Source of the DNA: Vitrella brassicaformis CCMP3155 | Taxonomy: Eukaryota; Protista; Chromerida | Assembly (NCBI GenBank): GCA_001179505.1 | Contig: CDMY01000341.1 | Coordinates: 48,925-112,924, forward strand | Direction: 5' to 3' | DNA length: 64,000 nucleotides | Part shown: positions 37,304-50,400 of the stretch, piece by piece | How the letters are laid out: each line of letters begins with the position of its first letter | Position numbering within the stretch: position 1 is the first letter of the stretch | Translations under genes and position numbers: made by a program | Notes under the pieces: model-generated | Databases searched by the model: none | The model's input: only the letters and a program-made list of their open reading frames with translations | What the model was told of the DNA's origin: nothing

Positions 37304-40300
37304 ATGAGTCAGCCGCCCTCGAAGAAACGCCGCAGCGGCGCCGGATCTACGAAGAGGGAAGGTGGTGCTATGAGTGGTATGAGTGCGGCTGCGATGAGTG
37401 ATCATGAGTCGGATGGCGGCCGGCCGGCTGTCCTCCCGCAGTATCTCAACCTGGGGGAGTTTGTGAGGGCCCGTTTCAGCGAGATGAAGACGTTCGCCAC
37501 CAACCTCGCTGAGTCGAGGTCCACCAAACGGGCCTTCCAGCTGCTGCCCAAAGACCAGAGGTATGTATGTATGTGCATACAACAAGCAGACGGAGGGAGG
37601 CAGCAAGGCAGACGATTCTTTGACTCATGCATTGGCTCACGGCTGGCTGCTTTGTCTTGCTTGTGCGGGTGGGTGTGCCTTTTCATGTAGGCGTCGTGCG
37701 ATGTCACACAATCCCTATCGCATTCCGAAGCGGCACCGCACCATCGTCCTGCGCGATATGGCACGCACTCCGCCAAAGGTGGAAAGAGATGGAGAAGTTC
37801 ACGTGAGAACTGCGAAGATTGGTGTTTGTTGGGTTTGGTGCCTGCTCACGGATGTGATGGCAGGAGAGTCGCCGTGTGCGCAAGGACAGGCGGCGGCCCA
37901 GGCACCTCCTCGAGATCTATGCGGCGAGGTCAGGCTTGGAGGGATGGATAGCTATGGTATATTATTCGACAATTGCCTGCCACCTTGGTTTGTCTGAGGG
38001 GTGTCTGTCTGTCAGGTCAGCCAAGAAGCGATGGCTCGAGACCCACATATGGCACGGTAGCTATATGCATGCGCGATGCTGGTTTGCGACTCCTGAAGAT
38101 GTGTCTGTCCATGCAATGCAGCCAAGCGTATGCACATGGAGGAGCGGTGGGGCTATGCGCTGGCCAGCCATCCGGTTGAGAGGTGCCAACGGGCCGTCTA
38201 CCGAGCCGCACACAGACGATGTGTCATTCATGACAGGTGTGGTGTGCATCCGAGAGAAAGACGGAGCCGCTGGCGCAATCCTGCCGGATCTGTGTCTGTC
38301 TTAATTAATGGTGCAGGTCATACATGCAGGTGGTTGAGGTGCGGGGGTCGCCTGAGAGGATCCGCCAGCTCTTCCAATGCTGCCAGGCCGACCTGCGCAT
38401 CATCTTCAACGCTCACTTCCTCCCCGGCCACCACCGAGGCACCATCCACCTCTACACACACGACACACGCACACTCATCGCACCGGTGTCATTCCTCTGG
38501 GAAGTCCAGCAGCATGACGATGATGCCGCTGCCGCCCGTCGTGTGTGGCTGTGGGTTCACCCGAGTGCGGCCAAGACGTTGATGGCGGCGCTTGAGGGGG
38601 CCGTGGGGGCGATGGACGGACAGGGGGAGAGTGGCGGCCTGAGTGTGGGGCTGGTTGATGGGATGGTGTGTTATGAGCTGACGGGCGCCCAGAGCATGCA
38701 GATACTGGCCAGGGCTATCACGCCAACGAAGAAATGTGAGCAGGGACGCAGGGAGGGGGACGGGGCAAGCGCTGGTGTTGATGTGTGTGTTCATGTCTGT
38801 CTGCGTGTCAGGGTTGACCAGCCCTTCTGGTGGCATTTGGAAGGAGCTGCTTCGATCCTGCCGACAACACGTAAGATGGCTGGACACTCACTGTGCTCAC
38901 GTTCCTGGGTGTGTGCTTAGGTGTTGCCGCCTAGTGGCGCTGTGTTAGGCTTGGAGATCCAGATACCGCCAGTGCTTGGTAGGTAAGCCAACACACCCAA
39001 CACGACACGACTGGTCAACGAACACCGGAACAGCACACGTTTGCCTCGTCGTGTTTTCAGGGCCGTTCCCACCGGGAAGGCGACTTCGAGACCTGCCAGT
39101 CGACAATGGTACGCGCCTGCAGCGGAGATTGACATCATGACATCATATCGATTGTTTGCGTTCATTTTCTATTGTCTGTCAGACCCGCCAAATGTCGTGA
39201 CGCCCCCCTGGCTGCTGCAGTGGCCCAAAGAGGTAGCACAAAGCCGCCTGTGGGACGCGGATGCGCGGGAGAGAAGCAGACTATCAAAACCAAAACGGTA
39301 AGACGGATCCAGGAGCAGCACATGTGCAGGAAGCCACATTGGTGTCGTCTTACCGTATTGCCGGTATTGTGTCAGGTTCACGACTCGTAGCCGCAAGCGT
39401 AAGACCAACATCAAAGCTCTCTTGGAGAGGATCGAAGCCAAACAAGGTCAGTCAGTGAACAGAGGGCAAGGGAGGGGAAAGATGGCGATTCACTCTGGCC
39501 ATTCTTTCCCCTCAGCTGCCCTCGCATCCCTCCTTGAGGAGCCGTCAGCACCATCCCAGCCAACTGCTGCTGCTGCTCCGTCACGACCGCCAAAGCCACC
39601 TGCCGGCCCACAGGCGTCTGCTCGTCCATCAGGTGTGACGGAGGATCACCCGATGGCCGAGGGGACCGACAAGGGCACGGTGTCAGCGGGCGTGCCTGCG
39701 CTGCTCGTCTGCCGCAGGTGGGGTGAGGTGACGTGAATGCAAACAGGGGGAGGGATTAATACGGTTGTGTGTGTTGGTGTATGTTGTGTCTTCAGCAAGG
39801 ATGACGGTGGTGGGTTCGGTGGCTATGACCTCATCTTGCCCACGGGATGCGGCGCACCCAGACTCTGGACGTACACAACACACACACACACACTCTCACA
39901 GAAAAGCGATGAACAGTGGGAGAGGAGCGGCTGTCCCTTGTGTTGTGCGTGTCAGGTTGATGGCTCGTGCCAAGGCGCGACCTATCGGTCACCGCGACCG
40001 CCACAAGCTGCACGACATCGGCGTGGCCGACTTCCCGTGGGACTTCCCTGAGACGGAGGCGGGCAAACTGCTGGAAGCTGAGCTGGCCAGGTGACACACA
40101 GCAGCACAGCTACCTGCATCCCGGACACAGGCTCACGTCGTCTGTATGTGCGCCATTCAGGGAGAGCATGGTGCGGTGGGGCCGGCGTCCGGCCTCTAAG
40201 CGCGTCAACTATCCCCTCATCGGCATCCCCTACCCGTTCTGCCCTCACTGGACAAACGCATGCACAAACGCCATGCAGCAGCAGCAGCCGCAGCAGCAGC

Positions 40301-41631
40301 AGCCGCAGCAGTCTAAAGGGGCAGTGGCGGAGAGGCAGAAAGATGAAAAGCGGGGCGGCTTCTCGGCCATCAGAACTCTCTCAGAGGTGAGGACAACGGA
40401 CGAAAGCCGTCTACTCTCGCCGTCTGCACCTGTGCTGAGTCCATTCAGATTCTTGCATTCTCGAAGGTAACGCGGAAGCGACTGGCAAATGACGCCGCAA
40501 CACCTCCCTCTGATGCCGACCTGCTCGAGTGGGGGAGCGTGCTGCTGCCCGTCAAGGTCATGGTGCACCGCAGAGGCATCGCCGACCGGCTCTCTCACCT
40601 CTTCCACATGACGCCAGACGACGTCAGGGCATTCATCAAAGGCGAGAGGATCGACGAATCGTCTCCCCTCTGCCCGCCAGCAGTCGCTTCCCACCTCTCG
40701 AGCTGGATCGACCTGCCCAAGCCGTCCAGACCGCCACGCCGGCCACCCCCCTCCCCCGCCCCCCTTGGTCATCCGATTGGCTCCTCTGTGCCCCGTGTGC
40801 CGCGGCATGAACCGCCGACTTTCTTGGAGGGAATGCATCCGGCATTCAGGCACCGGAAGAGCAAAATGAGGGACAAGCTTAAAAGGCGGGAGGAGGCCAA
40901 AAAGGGTGGTGCTGGCGACAACGAGGCTGATGTGAGCGGTGAAGGTGAGGAGGATGTGTGTGGTGGCTTTGAGTCGAGTGTGCCGTGTCGAAGTGTGATT
41001 GGCTTCGTCACCACTGGAGGTGGGCAACAAAGGGGGAAGATCGGATGGATGGATGGATGGATGGATGGAGGCAGGAGCAATGACCCTTCTCTTGCTGTGG
41101 ATGCATTGATTGATATATACAGGTCAGTCCCTCAAGCTGGGCATCGGCTGTGGCACAGGTGAGAACTAACTGTCACACATAGCTATGTGCGGGTCCGTCC
41201 ATCGTATTGATCTGAGTGTGTGTCCATCTCCCACCGTCTTAACACTGACAGGTTGTGTGTCGGCTGCCTTCTTCCTCCGGGCTGCATCGGAGCAGATGCA
41301 AGTCATACACCAAGGTGAGTGAGCACAGAGGAAGGAGGCGAGCACGGCGCTGGGCTGCTCTCGCAATCACTCACTCCTGGCTTGTCTGTCTGTGTGCATG
41401 GGCGGTGGGTGGTTCGGTTCAGAGTTGGGAGGCAGGAAGTCGCCCCGAGCAGAGTTGCGTTCGATATGTGTGTTGGTGTGGCTGCGACAGACGTCATCGA
41501 GATACTACAGACCCGGTCAGGCAGTGAGTGACAATTGGCGACACGATGTTATGTGTGCATCCTTCCTGTGTGTGTGTGTGTGTGTGTCTGCAGCATGGGT
41601 GACGCCGTCGGCCAATGTGATGCCGTTCTGA
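37304..41631 (+). CDS. POP1: RNase P/MRP protein subunit POP1, multi-exon; 3' end approximate
   Basis: FVRARFSEM, AFQLLPKDQ-RRRAMSHNPYRIP, RWLETHIWH, VWLWVHPSA, GYDLILPTG, DFPWDFPET, RRPASKRVNY, IGFVTTGG. These are the POP1/POPLD conserved boxes. Confidence 0.93.
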
Positions 41632-41784
41632 GGGTCTGAGATACTGTCGGTGTTGTTCGGTACTCAATTGTATGCTCTGTGTAGGTCTTCAGTCAGCTAC
41701 AGCCCGGCGTATTGCAGCGATGCATCGCGGGTGGCGTGCCGTCCTATGACATGAGTCAATTGATGGGTCAGCAAGGCTTTGCTG

Positions 41785-43536
41785 CTAGGCTAGCATGATC
41801 GAGCCGTCCCTGTAAGAAAAAGGACACACACCCCGACGACAGACGAGGGAGGAATGTGCTTTGCGTGAGGTGAGGGGTGGGTGTGACTGGCGCCGCGCCA
41901 CCCACCGTGCGTTGACTTGGATGAGCTTCAAGTGTCGCAGGACAAGCAGTTTTTCCTTGCCCGTCCTGCTCACCACATCCACACCCTCACGCTGCAAATC
42001 TGCCGGCAATATCGGCTTCAAACTGTTCCTGAACACACACACATACACAGACAGATACTTTCTTTCAGGAAGGTGGAGAGAAACAGGTGGTGTATTTGTG
42101 GCGGGCGCGGCGCACCCCCTCTTCTGTATGATCTTGCCGATGGTGAGGTAGGCCTTGTTGACCTCCTCCAGTGTCGCGTTGCCCTGCACACACCAAACAT
42201 TGACAAACAGGAATACCCATCCCACATAAACAAACGTGCAACCCCACCCCACCTTGGTCAGCTTGGGGACGGCAGCAAAGTCAGCAGATGTCACCTGCAC
42301 CACACACAGAAAGAGACTGATCATCGCTATGTATGTTCTCGCCCTTGCAAGGAGTGCACACCGCTACGAGTGTGTGTGCACTGGCCCCTCCCCCCTTCTT
42401 GGCCGCCATCCGCCCTGCCATCCCTTGCCGGCCGCCCTTGGCCACAGTGAGCATGGCCTCCTTCCGCTGCTGCCGCAACGGGGGCCGCAGACGCGCACCC
42501 TCGTCCGAGCCGCCATCAAACTCCCTGCCCTCATACTCTACCAAGGATGCACACAAATGGACATAACATGGGAGAACAGGGACGTGTAGGGTGCGCGAGA
42601 GCCCCTGTGTCGCCCGCACCTTGTGTCTCGTTCTGGGCATCGGCAATGGACACATCATTGAAACAAGGGACTAGCTGAAAACACACACACACACACACAC
42701 ACATCTCGCCAGCATCACTTCGGCAACGTGTGGACTCGTCCGTGTTCCGCCCACCTCTTCTACAGTCGGTGAGCCGTCGGTGGTGCTGTGCGGCGGGGGC
42801 CCATCATCGCGTGCCACAGCCGGGGGAGGCAGGTGGAACGGGGAAGACGGAGAGGGAAGAGGGCTACCGCCAGACGGCAGGCTGGAAGATAAAGCCTTCA
42901 TGTGGCGACTGACCGCAACAAACAGGTAAAGGAATGCCTATGCACCCGAGAAGATCATTCACTCTCTTTGCTGCTCACTTGTATGTGTCTTTGAACTGAC
43001 GGCCTAGTGTCGTGTCGACACCAGGAACGCTGCCGAGCTTCAAACCATCCTGCACATCGTACACACAGATGAGAAACTATGGCCTGCAGTGTGTCTGTTT
43101 AATCGATATCCGATTCGTCCCTTTTCCTTTGCCTACGACGAGGTCGTGTAGGTCCTGTTCATTCTTCAGCAGCACCTCGCCGAGCTTCTTGGTCAAACTA
43201 TAACGCTGCTCCAACACATCCTGATTGGTGGACAGGCAGACGCCGGATGGACGGATGGGCAGAGAGAAAGGAAAACAACACGTGGAGGCACCTTGTACTG
43301 GTCTTGGATGTTCTTGGTACGTTCCTGCACGGCATCGAGGCGCTGCAGCAGCTTGCTGGGACACAGATCCTTGCCATACAGGCCCTCCAGCTTCTGAACA
43401 AACCAGCAGAAAGGCGTCAAAAGGACGAAGACCTTTCAAGTCACGTGCGCACCTGTGTCAGCTGGTATTGCACGCAGCAGAGGTCTGTCCACGCCTCCTC
43501 CAGCTGCTCTTTCAGTTTCAATGCCGTCTTATCCAT
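41785..43536 (-). CDS. Ska-complex kinetochore protein: Ska2-like N-terminus and Ska1-like C-terminal winged-helix domain; single-gene model probable but middle exons uncertain
   Basis: Exons 43536-43453, 43393-43292 and 43220-43137 give MDKTALKLKEQLEEAWTDLCCVQYQLTQKLEGLYGKDLCPSKLLQRLDAVQER, resembling Ska2 (human, as recalled: [26 protein letters not shown]...NPVTLLKEL). The 3' exons give VTSADFAAVPKLTK-GNATLEEVNKAY...TGKEKLLVLRHLKLI, resembling the Ska1 microtubule-binding domain. Confidence 0.65.
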
Positions 43537-43619
43537 CGCAAACGAGATTAGGCCACGAGATCTCTCTGGCCAGCTGCCCAGGATCGCACAATTCCCGGCC
43601 AAAGGCAGGATCGAACCCC

Positions 43620-45235
43620 ATGCTGCCAGGGCTTTTGGAAGGCGTAGGAGCCGTGCTGTGGTCAGCAGAGGTGTACCATACATCAGACGCCGGCAACTCT
43701 ACCGGCAATGCAGGCAGCGACATCCATGACGCTCCAGCGGCATTGCCGGAGGATGAAGAAGGGCTCACAGCATGGTCCCTGGCCTTCTGGAGCACAGCAT
43801 GGACGTGCGTGCTGCTAATGCTGGTGGCTGTGGTGCTGCTGTCCCTCTTGGCCGCTGCAATCGCGGTCCTGCTAAGATGCCTGCAGGGACGCAGCTCTGT
43901 AATAGTAAGAAACACCCACCCTGCATCACATCACACGGCTTTGAGATCATGATCATGTGTGTGATGGCTGTGATGTGCAGGGCGTGCCGGCTTTCTTCCT
44001 CGGCCAGACATCTTTTGAGTGGCTGCTGATGGCCGCTCACCACCTGCTGTACTTCTCCCTTCTCGCCTTCGGCCCCGCCCACGCCACTCTGGCCACTGCC
44101 GACACCAGCAGCCGTGGAGAGGTCCTCACGGCCCTCGCCAAGGACCTCATCAGCCCTCTCGTCTGTCACGATGATGGTGGCCTGCGGCTGTGGTTCGTCA
44201 TCTGCATCCTGCTAAGGGCCGTGTGGGCGTCTATGGTGTGGCTGTTCCACCCCGACACAGCCATGGGGGTGGCCGTCGCCTTGGCACTCTACCACAGCGC
44301 TAGAGCCATCCAAGCCGTCATGGGCAGGCAATGGGGAGTGGGCGAGAAAAGACCGGCAGGCGGCATCGGTGCCTCGCACACGGAGGACAAGCCGTCAAAT
44401 GGCCGTGTCCACTTTCTCGCCAAGTGGTGGTGGCCTATCGCAGTGGGGGGCGTCCTCTGTGTGCCCGTAGCACACATGTGGGGCGGGAGCCTCCCAGCCT
44501 GGCTCACACCCAAGGCAGACGGCCCCACGTGGGCCGCTGACGGGATTGAATCTTTATCGCTGCCGAGGGTCGAGGGTAGCTGGTGGGCTGGGGTGGTGCC
44601 GGCGGCCGTCATTCTCTTCGCCGGAAGCGCAATGGTGGCTCTAAAGTGCCCTGTCAGGGTGAGAAGAAGACACCAAAGACGACACTTATTGGATTCATCC
44701 TTTGTGTGTGTGTTTGTGCGTCTGTATCAGCGTCACCATCAGAAGGTGGCGCCTGTCGAGGTCGAGGGTGATTGTCCCGTCCCAGCCGAGGAGGATAGCC
44801 CGGGTGAGTATGCTGACTGTGTGTCGCCCCCCATGACGCCCTACGGGACCCCCTTTAGCGGCTCGGAGGGACGTTCCGAGACCACCTCAGAACATATCGA
44901 CGTGAGCATCCATCTGGAAGAGACAACAGACGCAAGTAGATCCATCTGTGTTGTGATTGGCTGGCTCTTCAGTTGCCTTTGATTCCCCCGCTCCCCTTGC
45001 AGCGGCTGATGCCCCCACCGCCCCCGCCCGTCCACTGCCTGAAGCGCCTACCGCACCCCATGGTCAGCACCCACTCGCACAAGTCGACGATGCGGGCAGG
45101 TACCTGTGTCTCCACATCTGGTGTGATGTGTGTTGTGTGCAGGACTATAGGGAGCCTTCTGGTGTGTGCGACACGGCGTCCACTCAGCTGGACGAGTTGC
45201 TCTACTCTGACGGGCCGGATGGGGACGGGTACTGA
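43620..45235 (+). CDS. Multi-pass membrane protein of unknown function, multi-exon
   Basis: Several hydrophobic helices (WTCVLLMLVAVVLLSLLAAAIAVLL, LWFVICILLRAVWASMVWLF, WWAGVVPAAVILFAGSAMVAL), GT-AG introns and an acidic cytoplasmic-type tail. Confidence 0.6.
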
Positions 45236-45866
45236 CAAATGTATGTGGCCGCGTGCGTGTGTGCGTGTGTTGTGGTGCTGACTGGGTGGAAGGGGACGGA
45301 CACTTGTTTGTGCTGCGAGTTGTGGGCCGGTTAAATAATGGTTTACTTACTACCAACATACACATTAAGTTACCATCCAAGACACTTCCATGCACCCCAT
45401 TCACGGCCACACACGATCAGCCGACAACACGAAGGCACGCAGACACGCAGCAATGCCCCTCCTACTATATAGCGGGTGACACACAGCCGTCATATGCAGC
45501 TGATAGACTTCGTTGGCCCTTCCACCCACCCTCCGATCAGTCAGTCCATCATCCCATCCATCATCCGCAGCCTTACAGATGGAAAGTTTCCCCTATACAC
45601 TACGCACTCACACGTATCGTATCCACAGGACAAATCGCGACAAACACGACCTATGTCACACACACTTGCACATGGATGGCCATCTCGCTAGCTACTCGTA
45701 TGGGCGACTGACTATCTATGTGTGTACGACAGTCATGCAGACAGCAGGCAGGCAGCGTAACGTTTATCCACACGCACAGCACAAGGCATCAACACAGCAG
45801 AGAGGCTGCCGCCAACCAGCGGCAAACACACGTCACGAGGGACACTTACAGTCACCATGCGATAAA

Positions 45867-47268
45867 TCACACGAGCATGTTCTGGCATGACGTGAGGCTG
45901 TCGTATGGCACCCATCGTGGGTCGAAACAGCAGAAATGCAGCTCGCTCGGGAACACGGTGGTCGCATTGTACACCGTCCAGTCGAAGTTGTCTGCACAGA
46001 CAAACAAATCCGAGCAGCCAACATACCGATGTCACTCACGCCATGGATGTGATTTCCCCGGTGGTCCTCATTGCTCACATCCGACGAATGCGTAGTAGCT
46101 CCCCGCTGTGCCGACTCGATCGATGTGCATGTTGCCCTGCTGGAAGGCGCTCGATCTGAAGCCCATCTCGCAGCCCGCTCCCGAGCAGCTGTTGCTCATC
46201 CCCAGCTTGCTGATCCTTGGTGTGTGGTCGGCAAAGGGCAAGATATGGACGCCTGACGGCGTTCTCGACTCGAGAACCATCCTCGCCTGCGGCATCTTGT
46301 CGGGTACACTGAGCCGCACCCAGTAGTTGAAGTCGTCACCTTGGAAGGCCCCCTGCTGCCCGCTGCCGCACTCCGACGTGACGTGGCCCTTGGCCATCTT
46401 ACTGACGGTCAGTGTCAGGGTGAGTGTGCTGTTGCAGCCGAGGTGGGCCCACACTCTGGAATCACAATCTGCACGACACATGACACCATCATGACATGGC
46501 CATCGAGTGCTGTGTTCCTCACGTTCTGGCGGCCCCTCCTGTGGGTGGGCGATGCCACCGTAGAGGTCTTCGGGGTCTTCCGGGGCTTCGGGCACGGGCT
46601 CACTCGGTTGCTCATCTGGCAACATGTCCTCTACCAGGGGCTCCTCCGGTGGGCCCACCTGCTCTAGCTGAGCGCCGAGGTCTGGTTGATACGCTGCTTC
46701 TGGCTTCGGAATGGTGTGGTCTGGTTCATGCTCGTCGTAGGCGACAGCGTCGATGACAGCCGAGGCCGCGTCTGAAATGGGCAGAAAGAGGCGTCCAGAA
46801 GGGAGAGCCACTGCTGCACCCACCCACCCATCACTCACCGCTTTTCGGTTCGATTGCTTGTTTCTCCGCCTCCATGGGATGCTCTTGTGCAGCCGTTGTG
46901 CCGTCAGCCGCGTGGTCCGCGTCCTCGGTTGCGATGCCCAGGTAGTCTGCAGCCTCCCGAGCCCCCGTCATGAGGTCATCAATCGTGGGATCCTCTGGCT
47001 GATGGAAGGCCAGTTCCGTCACAGCTCCTGGGGCGTGCGCCCTGGCCTTCATATCCTCCACCTCCCTGGGCACGGCGTGCGCCTGCGGGTGCTCAGCCTC
47101 AATCCTCAGAAGGATCTCCTCTGCTGCCCTCCAGCTGGCCCCTGCAGAACATCAGACATCAGCCACTGCGTGAGCCCCATCAACTGTGCGTTGGCGGCCG
47201 TCCTTCTCACCGAGCGCTGGCAGTGTGGATGCGGCTGCAATGACGAGCAAGAGGAGGACCACCAACAT
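45867..47268 (-). CDS. Secreted hypothetical protein with an acidic Pro/Glu-rich linker and a Cys-containing C-terminal domain
   Basis: Signal peptide MLVVLLLLVIAAASTLPALG. Exons include CDSRVWAHLGCNSTLTLT...NSCSGAGCEMGF. The last exon reads YNFDWTVYNATTVFPSELHFCCFDPRW...CQNMLV*. Confidence 0.6.
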
Positions 47269-47411
47269 TAGGAGAGCCACACGCAGAAAGAAGCACACGC
47301 AGAAAGAAGCCACCAGACAGCGACTAACGGCCAACGGCGACGTAGAGATTTACAATTTGACCAGATCAAGGTACCCTCCGAGCAGCGCATCCTCCCTTCT
47401 CGGAAACCGAG

Positions 47412-50400
47412 ATGAAAGCAGTGTGGTTGGTGGCCGTGCTCATCGTGTCTGATTCTTCGGCAACGCCGCTCTGTCCAGCCATTCTGCCGAATGAAGGCCG
47501 TCAGCTTGCCTTCAAGGTCCTCAGTGCCGCTTTTGTTCAACGCTGCAATGCTGACTTGCCCATCAGCCAGCTGGAGGAAGATGTCGATGTGCAGCAACGG
47601 GACTACGGCTGCGAGGTCACTGCGAGATTTGTGAATGGCTTCTCGTCGACATTCAGGCTCAGTGACAATGGCCAGTCGGCAGCATCTCTCGAGTTCTTCG
47701 ATGTTCAGGGGGATCGCGCCGATGGTCCGCTGTGCTCCCGCGACAACGCCCAAGACGTGGCTGCTACCATTTGTCCTGCAGCCGTGGAAGCACTTGAGAA
47801 ACAGATGCAGACTATGCGCGAGGATTGCTCTATGTCCTTCTTCACGTCGATTCGCCTGCAAGGCTACAGGGTGAGGAGTGAAAGAGAGAGTGGGAACATT
47901 GTGTGCCTGTGCATATTTGCCTCTCCCTTCTCTAATTTCTCAGGTGATGGATGTTCGTTCTGAGACAATCCAAGACGCCCCACAGATCTCTTTCCGAGCT
48001 CTCGCAGCCCTCGGTGGGTGGTCCGATGAGCTGGTCATCCGACTATTTGCTGCTTCGTCGGCTCACGGCATCGATGCGTCGTGCGAAGAGCAGGCAGAAG
48101 ACCTCAGGTTGATCCGCACTCTGCCGCCTCTGTGCGAGATTGGCGCGGTTATTCCTGACCTTCCGATGCCTGAGGGCTTCCATGAGGTGAAGGAGGAAGA
48201 AGGAGTGGAGCTGGAGAGCGATGGAGAGGAGGGGACGACAGTGGCTTCAAATGTTACTATGACAAGCCGCCCGCCATTCAGCATCACGGCATCGCCCGTC
48301 CCTCAGATGCCTTCCGACAGCAGTCTAGACCCCTTCTTCACCTTCCAACAGAAGAACAAGAGCTACCACAGTCTGATCAGGAGCCATCGGGCACTCCCTC
48401 ACCCCCGGCACTTCTATGCGGATCTCAAGAATCTTCCCCACGGTCAATTTGACTCGTTTCTCGCGCAGTGGCCTGCATCACAAGCCTCTCGAACAAACCG
48501 TGACGCGGGCGACACGACCCATACGACAATCGTGCCCTACCTTGACTGGGGGAAGGTGCGCGACCTCAGTGAGGCGCTCGTGAGGGAGGTGCTGCAGTCG
48601 AGAGGAGGGAAGCCCTTGCCTGACGAGTGGGATTTTCGCAAGGAGGTTCCGCAGTGTGTGAGAAAGGTGAGGGCTCAACGCGAGTGCGGCAGTTGTTGGG
48701 CCTTTGCGGCCCTTGGCGCCTTAGAAAAGCAGATATGCAAGAGGTATGGACGATTGCCAGCTGTACAGTTAGTTGTATCTCTGTGTCTCTCATTGATGAG
48801 TGAATTCGTTGGTTGTAGGTCTGAGGGCCGCGCATCTCCCAACTTGAGCCGTGAAGAGCTTGTCCGCTGCAGTGCGAACAACTATGGCTGCGACTGCGGC
48901 AATGTTTACTGGGTGGGGGCGCAAAGACTGTAGAAGTCCTCGTACGTCTGTGTGCCCTGCTCCGCTTCAGGCGTACATGGACTTGATAGAGATGGAGGGA
49001 GTCGGCACCAAGGATTGCGTGGCATACAGAGCCGGGCATTCTGGGACACCAGCGACAGGTATTGCCCCCACTTTTAGTGCACATGTTCATCGCCATTTCC
49101 TTTCTAATCTGTTTGTGTTGAAGGCTCCCCGGTCGGCGATGACTTTTGTGTCGGCATCGACTCATCCTGTGGGCAGCGGTACACCAACCGCTACGCTCGC
49201 GATGACCCGGAGTGGGTACTGCTGATACGTCTGTACTTCCTGACGCACTATGGATATGAGCACGACAAGGACGAAATCGCTGACTACCTTGACACATTCA
49301 AGTGGGCATGGATGGATGGTGGACACAGACAGGGGGGAAACGGACGGGAGAACGGGAGAGTGTGTCTGTCTGCTGTCGTGTGCTGCAGGGAGGTATTTGC
49401 TACGGATGCTGTGTATTTCGTCCATGGGGAGGAAGCCATCAAGGCAGCCATATATGCGTAAGGATCAAGGCGCCAAGCCGCAACAGATTGCCACTGGCAT
49501 TCGGTTTCCCTCTATAGGTATGGTTCCGTGTTCGCCTCAATGGCGTCTGTTTACAAAGACTTCTTTGACTACACATCAGGGATCTATTCCCACACGTACG
49601 GCAGCGAATCGCTTGGTGGTCACGCCGTTCAACTCATAGGTACGCCGGAGAGAGCATCTCATGCCCAGTAAGCGTACTTTTCTCAGGTTGGGGTGTCGAT
49701 CCCACGGACACAAAATACTGGATCGCAGAGAACAGCTATGGGGATGCCTGGGGCGAAACACGGGATTTCAGACCATGTAGTAAGAAGGCAATGGACACAC
49801 ACACTGACAAACATGCACTCCTGATGACATGGACTCGTTCCTCAGAGACCCAGGCGTGTCAAGGTGACTTCTGCAAAAGAGCATTCATCCAGAGGCGGTG
49901 AGGCCATCGATCATTTCAAAACACCACCGTCGATAGCGTCGGTGGTGATGACATGGGCTGCGGGTACTGGCGGATCGTGAGAGGCGGGTCGGACGGCGTG
50001 GACATCGAGAGATTCGCCGCGTACACGATCGCGGACGTCTCCAAAATCAAAGTGAGGCAATCTTTGTTGCCTGCTCATACGTGTCTCACCCGCATTTGTT
50101 GGTCTGCTGTCGCAGGGCGAGTGTAGGCTTGACGAATGGACGGAGTGGTCATCTTGTTCAGCGAGATCTCCCTGCCAGCCGGGCAAACAGACACGCACAA
50201 GGCCCGTAAGAGAGCTGCCTTCAGGCGTGACGAGATCATCCCCGAAAGACGTGTTGGACAGTGTGTGCGGTGCGAATCGGACAGAGGAGAGGGAGTGCAG
50301 GGGTGCAGGCGTCTGTGAAGGGCTGGATGTGGAGGTGTATGGGTACTATGGCGCATCTGGCAAGGCGAGAGACATCCGCGAGGGAGGAGCCCACGTCAAG

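Noticed and set aside
10101-41631. Functional cluster of RNA-processing genes (RNase III, RRM, SNAPC3, POP1)
   Set aside because: They are interspersed with unrelated genes, act in different pathways or compartments, and such a grouping is plausible by chance.
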